Assembly: GCF_009834535.1 (NCBI RefSeq)
Contig: NC_045698.1
Location: 7,194,001 to 7,258,000, forward strand
Length of the DNA stretch: 64,000 nt
Direction of reading: 5' to 3'
Source: Camelus ferus
Lineage: Eukaryota
Below, in pieces: positions 12,201 through 35,100 of the stretch. Position numbers and translations under genes: made by a program. How positions within the stretch are numbered: position 1 is the first letter of the stretch; each line of letters begins with the position of its first letter. A model generated the notes under the pieces. The model saw nothing but the letters and a program-made list of their open reading frames with translations. It was not told where the DNA came from and searched no databases.

Positions 12201-14201
12201 AAGACTCAGAACTGATAAAAAAAGAAAAAGCAATACATTTTTGTGAAACAGAGGTAGCAATATAGTTATGTGTAAATACATGCATACAGTTGTATATATA
12301 CAGTGGTGTAACACTAGGTAAGTTGTTTCTAAGGCTCGATTTCCTCACCTAAAAGATTTAGAAATAACATCTTCATAGGGTTATCGGGACATTTAAACAA
12401 ATAATGCATACAAAGCCCTTAGCACAGGCCTGAGAGAGTAAGTGATGACTATTAGCCACTACTGTTATTTTCAAGACTATCACGGAGGCAGGAGGGACTC
12501 AATAATTTTTAGCAACTTTATTGAGACTTAATTCATATGTCCCATCTAATACGTACACTTCAAAGGCCTTCAGTATATTCAGACAGACCATCATCACAGT
12601 CAACTTTAGAATTTTCTCATTACTTCCAGAAGAAACCACTTCTGCTTTAGCTATCACCCTCCCATCCTTCTCCTCACCATCCAGCCCTAAGCACCACTAA
12701 TCTACTTTCTGTCCGTTCAGAGCAGACTTTCATGGGTGGAATCACTTAGCACGTGGTTTTCGTGTGACTGGCTTCTCTCTCCCAGCATAATGTTCTCAAG
12801 ACGCATCCATGCTGTCCAATGTATCAGTACTTTATTCTTTTTTATGGCCTAATATTCCATCAGGGAGATAGCCTACATTTTGCTTATCCATGTGTCTGAT
12901 GATGGACAGCTTCTCTTTGTCCTAAAAATCCTCTTTGGATTTCTCTCAGTTTGTGAAAACAGGTACTAATGCAGGTCTTTTATAAAAGCAAAGTGGTATA
13001 AAGTGAAATTTCAAAAAACATGAGGATACCTGTACTGGAAAAAGAGCTTTCTCAGAAGGACCCCTGGGATGTTAGGCAGTTTAGATAGAAACGAGCACTC
13101 GGCAGGAGAGGAAGGGCAAAGGAACCACCAAGAAAATAACAGTATTCTGCGCTTAGGATAAGGGAGTCCAGAAACTTATACTTTCTCTAAATGAGGGCCA
13201 GCAAAAGAAGCCAGCCAAAATCAAAACGCTGCAGCTGCCCATAAGAGAAGGACCCAGTATAACTTGACCCAGTGAACCTGCCCAAAAGGGGATGGGCGTG
13301 CCTGAGCGCAGGCAACCTGAATTGTCAGCCAATCAACCAATCAATCAATCAATCATGAAGCCAGGATATAAAAACAAGAAAAACAAAGGAGCTTCGCCAT
13401 TTTTCCTCTCTTGGATTGGCCTGCTCCCAATTCTTGGGAGTGTACCATCTTTCACTATTTTTTTTTTTTACTTCACTAATAAAAATCTTGCTTGTATCAT
13501 GCTTTCTGTCTCTCATCAAAAAATTTTTTTCGGGTGACTAAGAACCGAGGTAATTCTTATTTTCCTTTTGCTGGTAACACCTGTACTGGAAAAGGAGCAT
13601 TCTCAGGACTCCTGGGAACCCAGGCACAGGAGGCAGGGGAAGCATTTGCTGCGTTCAGGGTGACAGAAAAGCAGGAAGGAGGGAGGGAGTCCTCGCGGGC
13701 CAGGTTAAATACGCGTTTTACTCGTGTGCACGGAGACGAAACTTTTTGAGAAGTCACGACATTATTTGTGTTTAAGAAAGGCAACACCAGCAGCAGTGTG
13801 TTCCCTGACGCTACCACACACATTTCTGCCCCAAATTTCTACACCTGCAAGGCTTCCCACTTCACAAAAATGTGTCCGAGCTTTTGAAGCTGCTATGTAA
13901 GTCCAAAATATGGCTATATTGCTACCACCATCCAATAAAATATGTATTTTTTATCAGTGAAAATGGCTGGATCCCAAGAGCAGCACACGCACCCGCGGCA
14001 GGCGCCTAAGGGTGGGCAGCAGCCCTGAGGCACCGAACGCCAGACCTCGAGCCCGGGCAGCGACCCGCGGCGCCCCTCCCGACACCCCACACGGACCGGC
14101 TGCACAGCGGACACCGGCCGCGAGCCCCACGCTACACACACACACCGAAGGCCCAAAGAGTCCCGCCACGAGCCGCCGGCCTCACCTCTTCCTCCCTCCA
14201 T
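6143..14201 (-). CDS. ATPSCKMT: ATP synthase subunit c lysine N-methyltransferase (FAM173B), 3'-partial: join(14186-14201, 9766-10055, 7503-7640, 6143-6193); last coding exon not in window
   Basis: The spliced translation [15 protein letters not shown]...[23 protein letters not shown]...[40 protein letters not shown]...[17 protein letters not shown] matches recalled FAM173B, with a TM segment and SAM-binding motif I (DVGSGDG). Junctions are GT-AG and exon sizes 16/290/138/51 keep frame. Synteny with CCT5 fits. Confidence 0.96.
7046..7138. repeat. Imperfect (CA)n microsatellite
   Basis: acacacacacacacacatacatacacattc... seen directly. Confidence 0.85.
7503..7640 (-). CDS. ATPSCKMT: ATPSCKMT exon 3
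   Basis: [21 protein letters not shown]...ISDLWK; cag acceptor, GTATGT donor; 138 nt. Confidence 0.96.
9251..9290. repeat. (TA)n microsatellite
   Basis: atatatatgtatatatatat... seen directly. Confidence 0.9.
9766..10055 (-). CDS. ATPSCKMT: ATPSCKMT exon 2
   Basis: ccag acceptor, GTGAG donor, 290 nt; encodes TM helix and DVGSGDGRI. Confidence 0.96.
11158..11559 (-). mobile_element. MaLR (MLT1-type) solo LTR
   Basis: Begins tgtattagtttccttttgctgccgtaagaaattaccccaaacttagt and ends ctgcctaccaca, typical antisense MLT1 termini. Confidence 0.7.
11866..12005 (+). mobile_element. tRNA-derived SINE (camelid Vic-1-like)
   Basis: A box (tacagctcagtgg), B box (agttcaaacc), A-rich tail; TSD aagagttttc at 11856-11865 and 12006-12015. 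Confidence 0.85.
12505..12910 (-). mobile_element. L1M 3' end fragment
   Basis: ttttagcaactttattgag...actaatctactttctgtc...tgtatcagtactttattcttttttatggc...gatggaca, an antisense L1 3'UTR pattern. Confidence 0.7.
13070..13579 (+). mobile_element. ERV solo LTR (510 bp)
   Basis: TGTTAGGCAG...CTGGTAACA imperfect inverted termini; CCAAT cluster near 13328-13355, TATAAAA at 13367-13373, AATAAA at 13478-13483. Confidence 0.8.
14186..14201 (-). CDS. ATPSCKMT: ATPSCKMT coding exon 1 (MEGGR-G)
   Basis: ATG at 14201-14199; donor GTGAG at 14185-14181; inside CpG island. Confidence 0.9.
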
Positions 14202-14493
14202 CGCGAGATTTCCCGCAGTTAAGAAAAGGCAGTGGATTCTACCATCTCCTCGGAGCTGGGGGTGGGAAGGAGAGAGAAAATAATGCTCTAAATAAATTAG
14301 TTATTCATTGGGACAACTATCCAGAAACTCTCCACTTTGTAGCTTTAATAAATGTCTCGACTCGATCTGCTCCTGACTTGTGGGTTCTAAAGTTCCCGTC
14401 CATGTCTTCAAACTCCCCCCCCCACAGCTTCCTGGATGATAGACGTTCCCGATGGCCGCCGATTCCAGAAGATACTCTCTGGCGTTAAACTAG

Positions 14494-26070
<11,577 letters not shown>

Positions 26071-26115
26071 GGAAAAACTTTAGGATGAAATGTCGGAGTA
26101 AGATCCACTGCTGTG

Positions 26116-26125
26116 ATTAAATAAA
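26116..26125 (+). terminator. Candidate CCT5 polyadenylation signal (overlapping ATTAAA/AATAAA); another ATTAAA at 26281-26286
   Basis: Hexamers downstream of the stop codon, followed by GT/T-rich sequence; which site is used cannot be told from sequence. Confidence 0.5.
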
Positions 26126-28189
26126 TGGTGTCTCGTGTGCGTCTGCAGTTATTTATTATCCCGTTTGTTTTCAGACACTGTAGATGCTAAAACATTAATA
26201 GCTGTTTGGTTTCCGTGGTTTCACTTGTTCAGAGACGTGATGCTGCAGAGGCACAGGCTCGCGGGTTTTGTATTCGTTATATTAAAGGGAGCTCTTTGAA
26301 CAACCTTTATATTCTGCTCTTCGAATTTAAGAAACATTCACTGTAACATTTCATCAAATGCCTTAATTGGAGGGGTTTGAGTTGATTTTTTTTTAATAAG
26401 CTGTAGGAACTATTTTTAACTGCTTTAAATGTTGCATTCTTAAGATTTATTTTAACATTGAGAGGAATATGGGCTTGGTCCTATTAAATGTATTTAAGTG
26501 TTGCATCAGCCTCGGTGGGTGGATCTTTGATTGTAGACACCGTCAGAGTTGCCTGTTCCCACCACAGGGTTGTGGGACGTCCTCGTTGCCGTGAGGTCAC
26601 ACCGGCACAAGCTGCGGTGTGAGTGCAGTGCTGATGAGTACCAGCATCCTAAGTGTGCTTGTCACGGAGGCCCCGTGCGTTGTCCCCATTCTGGCTCCGT
26701 CCTGGGATGTCCTGCCCGTTGAACGCGGGTCATGTCCTGAGAGCTGTTGTGTTTATGTGGGTAGATGACAGCGGTGGCTTTCAAGGGGCCATGAGGTCAG
26801 GGGTAGTCTCACTCTGAGCTGATTTGCCTTTTTCGCCGTGTTGACAGTTGCACTGATGGTGCAGAAGCAGTGAGGGTAAAGCTCACCCGAGCCCGAGTCA
26901 GCTAAGTCTGTTCCTCAACACCTCCCCCTACTTAAGAAGCTGCTCCCACTGAAGGGTGGCCTTGATCAGTGCACGTCGCTGTGTCCTGAGGTCTCCCTGC
27001 ACCCTGATGTAGTGAGGGCGTGAGGCCTGGCACTCACATCCCAGGCAGGGGCAGTTGTCTGGTTGGACCAGGCCCTCATGGCACGCTGGCCTCACAGGGT
27101 GACTGACACTTGGGTGTATGACAGACGGTGGCTTAAAAATGAACATAGTGACCCTGTCACTTCAGTAGGACAACTGGCTTACTTCAGGCTCCTTCAGAGA
27201 AAGTATCATCGACTGGGGGCTGAGACCACAAGTGCTTCCCACAGTTCTGGAGGCTGGAAGCCCAAGCTCCAGGTGCTGACAGGCCAGTAAACGCGGCCTG
27301 GCCAGGTGTCGGGCTAGCACGGTCCCGTGCGTGAGTAGATCTCCTCTAAGTGGGGGGTGGGCCGACGTAACAGTGAAAAGTTTACTGAAACTACCACTTG
27401 CCGAATTTGGGGATAGATTAAAAAGGAATATCCCCGGTTTTGCGGAAGACAACATACTTTCCCACCCACCGTACGTGCGCCTGTGGCGGAGTCTTCACGT
27501 GCTTCCACTCCAGCCAGACTGCGTCGCGCTGAGTGTGCTATTAGCGGGTCAGTTCCCTGTCCTGTTAGAGGGACGTTGAGATTTGCAAAAGTGGAAAACG
27601 GTGCCACTCTTCACTTTTGTGGTTTTGGGAAATACGAAAAATCATTTACGTTAACATTTGGTGTGTTCATTACTATTTTAAAATAAAGATTTGCTTAATT
27701 TTTTAGTCTTAGTTTCTATCAGGTTAAATGCCAACGAGTATAACCGACAGAAGCATAAGCTCTTGCAGCAGGTGTGGGGAGGGGGCCCTGAATTACATTT
27801 TTCAGCGATACAGGGATGTTGAGACCAAAATACTTGAGAACTGCTAAATTAGTACCTCACGATAATCCTGGTTGTTGTCAAGTCCAAGAGACGCTGCATA
27901 ATTTGCACCATTCACTCACTAAAATAAACTCGTTTATACAGTAGATATTTTTAACACAAGCACTGAAAATCTGCACTTAACCAAGTCTTACCTGACGGTC
28001 TTGCCTCCTGGTTCAAAGACAATTGAAGCTGGCAGTGAACTTGCAGCTTCTGTGCTCCCACCTGGTCTCGGCCGCCCACCCATCCCAGCTCCTCGTGGCG
28101 GGCGGCCTTCTAAAGCTGCCCCCTCCCCCCCCCCCTCAGCCTGGTTGTGCATCAGAGGCTAACTAGGTGCTGCTGTGCAGGGACTTTGC

Positions 28190-28835
28190 AGGTGGAATTA
28201 AGAACTCAGTGGCTGACGGTAAGAGCGGGAGGTGATGCAGGTGGACCCAGTGTGATCGGCAGGAGCCCTCAGGGCACGGCAGAAGGGAGGGGTAGCCTGA
28301 GGATTGAGTACCCATACCGGCTCTGACACGCAGGGACCCTGTGCAAGCACCAAAGACAGGCCTCTGGGAGCTGAGGGCGGCCCCCAGCTGACAGGAAGGA
28401 AACCGGGCCTTGGTCCTACAACTGCAAGGAACAATTGTCCCAAAAGCCGGGAGGTACAGTTGGCAGGTGTTAGCGCCAACCATCTGTGCGTGAAAATCCG
28501 AGAGTAATTTATAGCCGGCCCCTCGCATCCATGGGACCTCTGTATACTCAGTTCCACCTGCAAGGATTCAGCCAACGGCGAATCATGTCGTACCGTAGTG
28601 TTTAGGAAGATGTCCGCATGTGAGTGGACCCACGTATTCAAGGTCAGCTGTACTTAATTTGGAAATGGATCCATCCCAGGGCCTCGGGCTGTGAGAATAG
28701 CCAGCCAACACCTTGACACTGGCCTTGTGAAACCCAGAGCCAAGGAACCAGCTGAGCGCACCTGGGCTTCTGGCCTACAGAGCTGCGGGATAGTAAACTT
28801 GTTAGTGATCATTGGTCACAGCAGCGCCAGGAAAC
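28190..28835. mobile_element. Degraded/nested MaLR (MLT1) LTR pieces
   Basis: gccaacaccttgacactggccttgtgaaacccagagc...cagcagcgccaggaaac resembles an MLT1 3' end; boundaries approximate. Confidence 0.5.
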
Positions 28836-31190
28836 ACATCCTCCTGTTTTGCCTCAGTGATTGTGGCAGGGGGTGTCCTCCCTGCTCAAGATGGGTCTCT
28901 TCCCACCCAGCACCCCTCGGATTCTGTCTCCTCTCAAGCTGGTTTCCTTAATTCCACATCTGGGGTGCTCATTAGTGACTCTCACCAACGGGCAGCTTTC
29001 TGGGCACCTGAGTGGGTAGCACTTGTGGACTCTCGTGGTCGGTGGGGCACGGGACCAGCTCAGGCCAGTGAGCCATGAGAAGCCTCATTCCCAGGCCAAA
29101 GCATTTACTCGCCAATGCGGGACCCTCCAGGGCTCCCCTCCCAGCACAGCCATGAGCGCAATTCAACGGCGGAGGGGGCTGGTCAGCCTGGTCCCCTGGA
29201 GAGGGCAGTGATGAGGGCCCCCGCCAGCCGCCCTGGGCACGGAGCACCAGGGAGTCAGAGCATCCAGCGGGTTCACCCAGGACTAGGCTCCGCCTGCATC
29301 CTCAAGCCCCTTAGCGCCTCCCACCAAGTACCTCCCCTCAGAAAGCAAAAAGCAAAAAGCAAAACAAAGCAACCCCCTCGGCCCTGGCCCCTGGGCTCTT
29401 CCCTCACGCCTGCCTGTGCCCTGCGCTCTCTCCCGCCCCCTCCTCACCCACCGCCACCCCAGCCCTTCGCAGGGCCACTCCGGCTGCCACCCATCGGCCT
29501 CGGCCAACTCCCCAGGATGCTCTGCGATGGAATCTGTCCTGTTTCACACACACCTTGGACTTTTGTTTTTTTTACTTTTAATTTTTGCCTCCTTTTTGAA
29601 ACTCCTCCCTCAACTGTCATGAAAGTTCTTCCAGTTGTCCTCTGGCCCCTCTGGCCCCTCCACCTCACTCCTCCCTAGTCCTCCCCGCAGCCAGCCCCCC
29701 CCCCCATAAGGCTGACACCTACGTTCAGAAACAGCTGCATCTCACGGGCCCACAGTCACTGAGCACAGGCACGCAGATGGCATGTCCACACGAGACTGTT
29801 TACTCTGCAAAATAATGTCACTTTCTTCATTTTGTAGATTTCACATTGAAAAAAACTGAGGGTCAGAGAATTTACTCAAGTTCCCCAAAGCCACCCAGGA
29901 GGCCTGGACACTTGGAACCCTCCCCTCCTGCCTCCCGGTTCTCCCCCACCCCGCCCTCATCTTACTCCAAGCCTCCCTTGGCCCACGCCCAGCAGGTGGC
30001 TTCCAAATCTTCCAAATCTATAGGTCCACGTGGGGCTGCTTCTACCACACCCCCCTAGATGGGTCTCCACACTTCCCTCCCTCACTGTGTCCAGCCCCAG
30101 GATGAGTTGTGGCCCGATGAGTCCTGGCCACAGACTCCCCTTTGCCCAATGCTCGCTCAGCCTCCTTGACCTGCACGGAGAAGCCAGCTGTGGGTATCTG
30201 GGAAGTCCCTCCCTAACAGAAGTAGGAACAGAAAAAGCCCTTCCCTCCCTTCCCGCGGGGCTGGTGGTTAGTGAGGCCAAGCACACCCAGGAGGGCAGGC
30301 ACCTCCCTCGTCCCCTGACACCAGTAAGGCCCTGAACCCCTCCAGGCTCCACTCAAGGGTGTTTGGGAGAGACTTCAATGTTACTCTCTTAGACACTATT
30401 TATTAGCGGGCCTTTGTCATTTGCAGCCCAAGAAAACCCAACCGATATTCCAGCTGGACCAAAACCAAACTCTTGCCCACAGCCTGCTTCTCTTCCCGTG
30501 TTCCCCCTCCAGGGACGTCAGCCGGGTCCCTGCGTCCACCCAGCCCACTCCTAAGTGCCCCAGGACCCCTCCTCCCCTCTCCGCCCCTACCTGGTCAGGC
30601 CCCTGGCTCCCTCCTGCCAGGAGGGGGGTTGCCCATCTCTGCCCCCCTGCTGTTCTCACCAGAAGAGCAGCCCAGGGGCCCCTGCAGGCCCAGCGCCGGA
30701 AGAGGGTGTGGGTCCCCGAGGCGGCAAGATCCTTCCTGCTCCCTGTCTTCCAGAAGGGAAGTGCCCGAGTTTCCCTCCCGGAACCCCAGCACCGACAAGA
30801 AATGGCCCCCAGCTGGCCACGCACACTGGGCTGAAAGTCCACCCACAACCCCATGGCCCCACCAGGGGGAGGGAGCCGCTGCAGGGTGTCTTTAGACACC
30901 ACAGGGCTGGCTGGATGGATAGCCAGCTGGCCTAGTCATGAGGAGTTCTCCAGAGAAAGAAATTCTCTGGGCTGGAACTGAGGCTGTCACCTGGGAGAAT
31001 GACAGGATTAACGGAGAATCAAACAGGATGCAGCTGGAGGAGGTGAAGTGGCTTCACCAGTGTAGACGAGCACCGTCCAACACGGTTCCCATAGGCCACC
31101 TGTAGCTCCTGAGGGCTTGACTCAACAGGTTCTACCAAGGAGCTGGGTCCTTGATCTGATTTCCTTTTAATCAATTTAAATGTAAAAGTC

Positions 31191-31295
31191 GGGGGGGGGG
31201 TATAGCTCAGTGGTACAGCGCAGACATAGCATGGGCTGGGTACTGGGTTCAACCCCCAATACCTCCATCAAAAAAAAAGAAGAAAAATTAATAAA
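31191..31295 (+). mobile_element. tRNA-derived SINE (Vic-1-like)
   Basis: gggg-tatagctcagtgg...gggttcaacccc, A tail; flanking repeat taaatgtaaaa at 31177-31187 and 31296-31306. Confidence 0.85.
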
Positions 31296-31453
31296 TAAAT
31301 GTAAAAACTGCAACTTAACCCTAGACCCCACACCCTTCTGGCTGAACACAGGAGAGACTTCTGATGCAGCCCCAGCCCCAGGGACCCCGAACGTCACTGT
31401 TTAAAAAAACCACCACTAGGAGTCAGCTGGATGATGACTTCAATCCATCGTGT

Positions 31454-31508
31454 TTTATTAGCTTTTAGAAAAAGCCACAAATTCAAAAACTCAGAAAGTA
31501 AGTTTATT
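31454..31508 (-). terminator. Candidate CMBL polyadenylation signals (AATAAA on minus strand at 31454-31459 and 31503-31508)
   Basis: TTTATT on the plus strand at the end of an AT-rich 3'UTR-like stretch about 500 nt past the stop. Confidence 0.55.
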
Positions 31509-31987
31509 AGCTCGATATAATTAGGTCAACGGAACCCTATTTTAATCTCAGTATATCTCATAGTGCAACATACGAACAAATCCACCTGTGTTAAGGCGGA
31601 GATGAATGTCCAGTCAAGTTGGGCTTTTAATCTACCTGATTTTACAGTTCATGCACTTCACGGTTTTGCCAAGTTAGTCAATTTAAAGGATTTCATTCAA
31701 GGCTGAGCCATCAGCTGGTCCCTGGGTAGACCTAGGCTTTTACTAAAAGTTAAGATATGACTCCCTCATCCAAATTCTTCCGGTACTGACCTGCCGTTAA
31801 AATTTTTATTTATGCCCATGATAAAAATGAAAGGACTTCATCCACTGACTTTGCCTACTGAATGTGTGTTTCAGATGGCATCATGAATTTCAGGATTCCT
31901 TGATTTATTTTTTATATAAAGTGAAAATTAGATCCAAGCAAATTTCTGGGTGAGAGCGATTTAGAGAAGGCTTGCACTTGGCCGTGG

Positions 31988-32167
31988 CTAGACATACTTG
32001 TTCAGCCACTCGAGTAAGTTCCTTCTCGCCTCGTCAATATAGGGCTTGTCTTCAGGCGAACAATCTTCTCTCTTGCGATGTACGAATCCATGCGTCTGCC
32101 CGGAGAACGTTTTAATTTGATATTCCACTTTGCAGTGGTCTTTCAACTTCTGAGTCAGCAAAGAGAC
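31988..32167 (-). CDS. CMBL: CMBL exon 6 (coding part, TAG stop)
   Basis: [34 protein letters not shown]...WLNKYV*. Confidence 0.97.
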   Translation of the reverse strand, partial: VSLLTQKLKDHCKVEYQIKTFSGQTHGFVHRKREDCSPEDKPYIDEARRNLLEWLNKYV

Positions 32168-35100
32168 CTGGTTCGCAAAAGATTTCATGATGATGTGATT
32201 TTAACCCTCTAGCGATATTTTCCATCTGCTGCATCTTCTCTGAATGCTCATCAATTTTTCACTTATAATTTTATAACTAACAGTCCCTACCTTTGGCGAA
32301 GGAGAGAATTCAGAGCGACAGAAAAGTGATACAACATCAAGTATTTGAAATTGTATTAATATATTTGTCTATTAGTCAGTCTGTCCTTCAATCTATTCAA
32401 ATACACAATATTCAATGTATTCAATACACATTTCAATGTATTCAAATATAAGTTGTTTGAAATTTATATTAATATAATGTATTGGTTAGGAATAACAAGA
32501 GTTATTTCCAAACGACTGCTTTTGAACCAGTTTCTTTCTGTTTTTCCCTTATCAATTGTGCTGGATTCAACAAAGCCATGCCTTTAAGGCTAGAGCCCTT
32601 ATGATAACTGGTGGGTTACACTGGGGGGCGGTGGGGGACAGGGAGGCAGGGCCAACTTCTAAGCCCAGTAACCAGCCACACCAGGAGCACTTTGGGGTTA
32701 CAATCCCCCTTAAAGTCCCCAATGAAACTCACCTTTAAAACTTTAATGTTGAAAAATATTTGGAGCAAAAAATGAACCCTTTGGGCTGTTTTCCCCAAAC
32801 TATTAAGTCATCTAATTCAACGTAGAGACGAAAAGAGGAAAGATGCCAACTTACCTGCTCAAGAGGAATCACAGCATCATTTTCAGCAAAAATGAACAAC
32901 GTGGGGTTCTTTAAACTGTGCACATCCTCAGAGTCTTTGACGATGCCTGGGGAACCAGAAAGGGACACAAGGATCTGAGTTTGATTTTTCAAATGACAAC
33001 ATGTGCTTTGGGGGTTTTGTTAGTTTTCTTTTTAGCAATTTCACACAAGTGCCCTGACCTTATAAAACTGGGCTCAAAGAGGAAGTTATTTACTCAGATC
33101 ATCCTCCTCTCCCCCTCACTCACTAGGAATCAGGCCATTAAATGATGGCTTTAGACTTTGCTGGCTGCTTGTCAGGTAAAGATGCATGTTCCCTCTGGAC
33201 ACATGCCTTTGCTTACCAAGAGGTGGTAACTTTCAGATCTGGACCAGTGCTGTTCTGGAAGTTTCTCACGGTCTACTCAAGCCCCACAGGTTCTGTGTCA
33301 AGGGTTTTCAGGCAAAGGGTGGAGCCGCCATGTGACGGGTTGTTTGTGCTCAGATGAGACCACTCGTGTGAAGTCCCTGGGCACAGCCCCTGGTCCTAGC
33401 TAGTCACTCATAACACTCAGCTTTCATCCTTCTAAAATGCCTTCAGAATTTTAGAGAGCATTTAATCAAGTGTGTTCAGCCTTGGGGATTCGGACAACTG
33501 TGGGTGTGCCGGTCCTATTGGAAAATAAGTAAAAGTTTTTTGAAATCTGTTGTCATTTTGAGATAAGAGGAGTGTTAAAGGAAAGCGTATTCTGGCACTT
33601 GTTAAAGATAGTGAGGGAGACTTTATTCAAGGGGACTACTGAAGGGGACTCAACCCCAAATCCAAGGCCAAGGAGCAGGGTGAAGGCCAGTGGATGGAAA
33701 ATCACTAAAAGGAATCATCAAGGTACCGGGGATTCTAGCCAGATGACTTGACAGGGCTCTTGCTGAAGGCAGGGGGGGAGACAAGCCATCGAGGGTGGGG
33801 CGTGAGGGATCTGATCACATATCAGGGGAGGGGGGTTCTCGCTAAACTGACCCAGTGGCCTAAGGACACAGCCCACGGTTGGGGCCCACTCAGAAAAAAG
33901 GCTCACAGAAGAGTCTGGCTCAAGGGTGATCATAGAGTCCTTGTCAGTAGGTAGGAGAAAAAAAGGTATTCCATTTCCTGTTGGCAGTAAAGCAAAGCTA
34001 GGTAACCCAGGGAGCCTCCCCTTACCTGTAACGCCACTCTAGAAGGCAGGGAGCCACAGGAAAGGTGGCGACGCTCCCTGCCCTATTCTGTTGTGGCCAC
34101 ATAAGCGGCTGGACAGCGGTTTCATGCCCCAGGGCTCCGAGTCTCACCGCCCAGAGCTGCAGCCTGCACTGCACAGCGGAGGCCACCAGGGGGCGTGCGC
34201 GAGGCGTCCACTCCGGAGCGCCTTCTGCTCATTCACACAAAGGCGCTAAGCAGGCGGCCAATAATGGGTCGGCCCCATTGCACACAGTGGCAGCTGGCAG
34301 CTTGTTTTCTTTGTGTAAGTAAATATTTAAAGTTTTCTTTTTTAACGCTAAAAGTAAGTGAGGAACCATTAATTCAAATAAGAATTATTAGTACAATTGT
34401 GGAATATAAAATTATGAAAGAAAGCCAAGGTCAAATGCTTCCATATCATTAAGTAACCCGTTCCAATACGCAGACACAATGTTCTTACGTCATTGCTATG
34501 ACACCTTTGGTTTGTTCGGCTGAAATGTTCATGTTGCTATTTACACTTTAGAGTGGGTCTTTCCTTCCCCACTTTATATTGTGTGCGCGCGCATGTGCAC
34601 ACATGAGCAGTTAAGAATAATTTATATTTTGGAAAAATCTTTTCATAGCTGTTGCTCATTAAAATATTGCTTGGTATTAACCATTATCAAGGAAAGAAAT
34701 GTTACCCCCTTCATCCTGGGTGAAGAAATTGAGACCTCAGGGTTAGGGGACCCAGGTTCCCTCTGGTTAGGATGTTACACACCTCCACCTCTACCTTCAG
34801 ATTTTTAAAACCATTTCCTTAAGAGGGGCCATCTCTGCAAGTCTGAGTTTTGTGGCACACCTGGGACCTTTAGCTTTGGAAGAGGCTTCTGGCCACTGTC
34901 ACTCTACCACTCCCCCAGCTTTCATTGTGGAAAATGTACGAGGCAGCTTTACCGTAGACCGACACGCCTGCCCTGACTTCTGGGTATTTCATCATTATGT
35001 GATGGACAGCAACTCCACCCCAGCAGAATCCCACGACGCCAACTTTCCTGGTGTGACACTGCTGTTTCAGATACTTTAAGACAGCATCAACCTCTCTAGA

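Noticed and set aside
30859..30871. Second CTCF-like motif ccaccagggggag
   Set aside because: Lacks the conserved GGC-G/A end and the upstream module; plausible by chance in GC-rich DNA.
29115..30935. Overlapping ORFs of 120-187 aa between CCT5 and CMBL
   Set aside because: GC-rich low-complexity DNA open in several frames on both strands; no domain or splice support.
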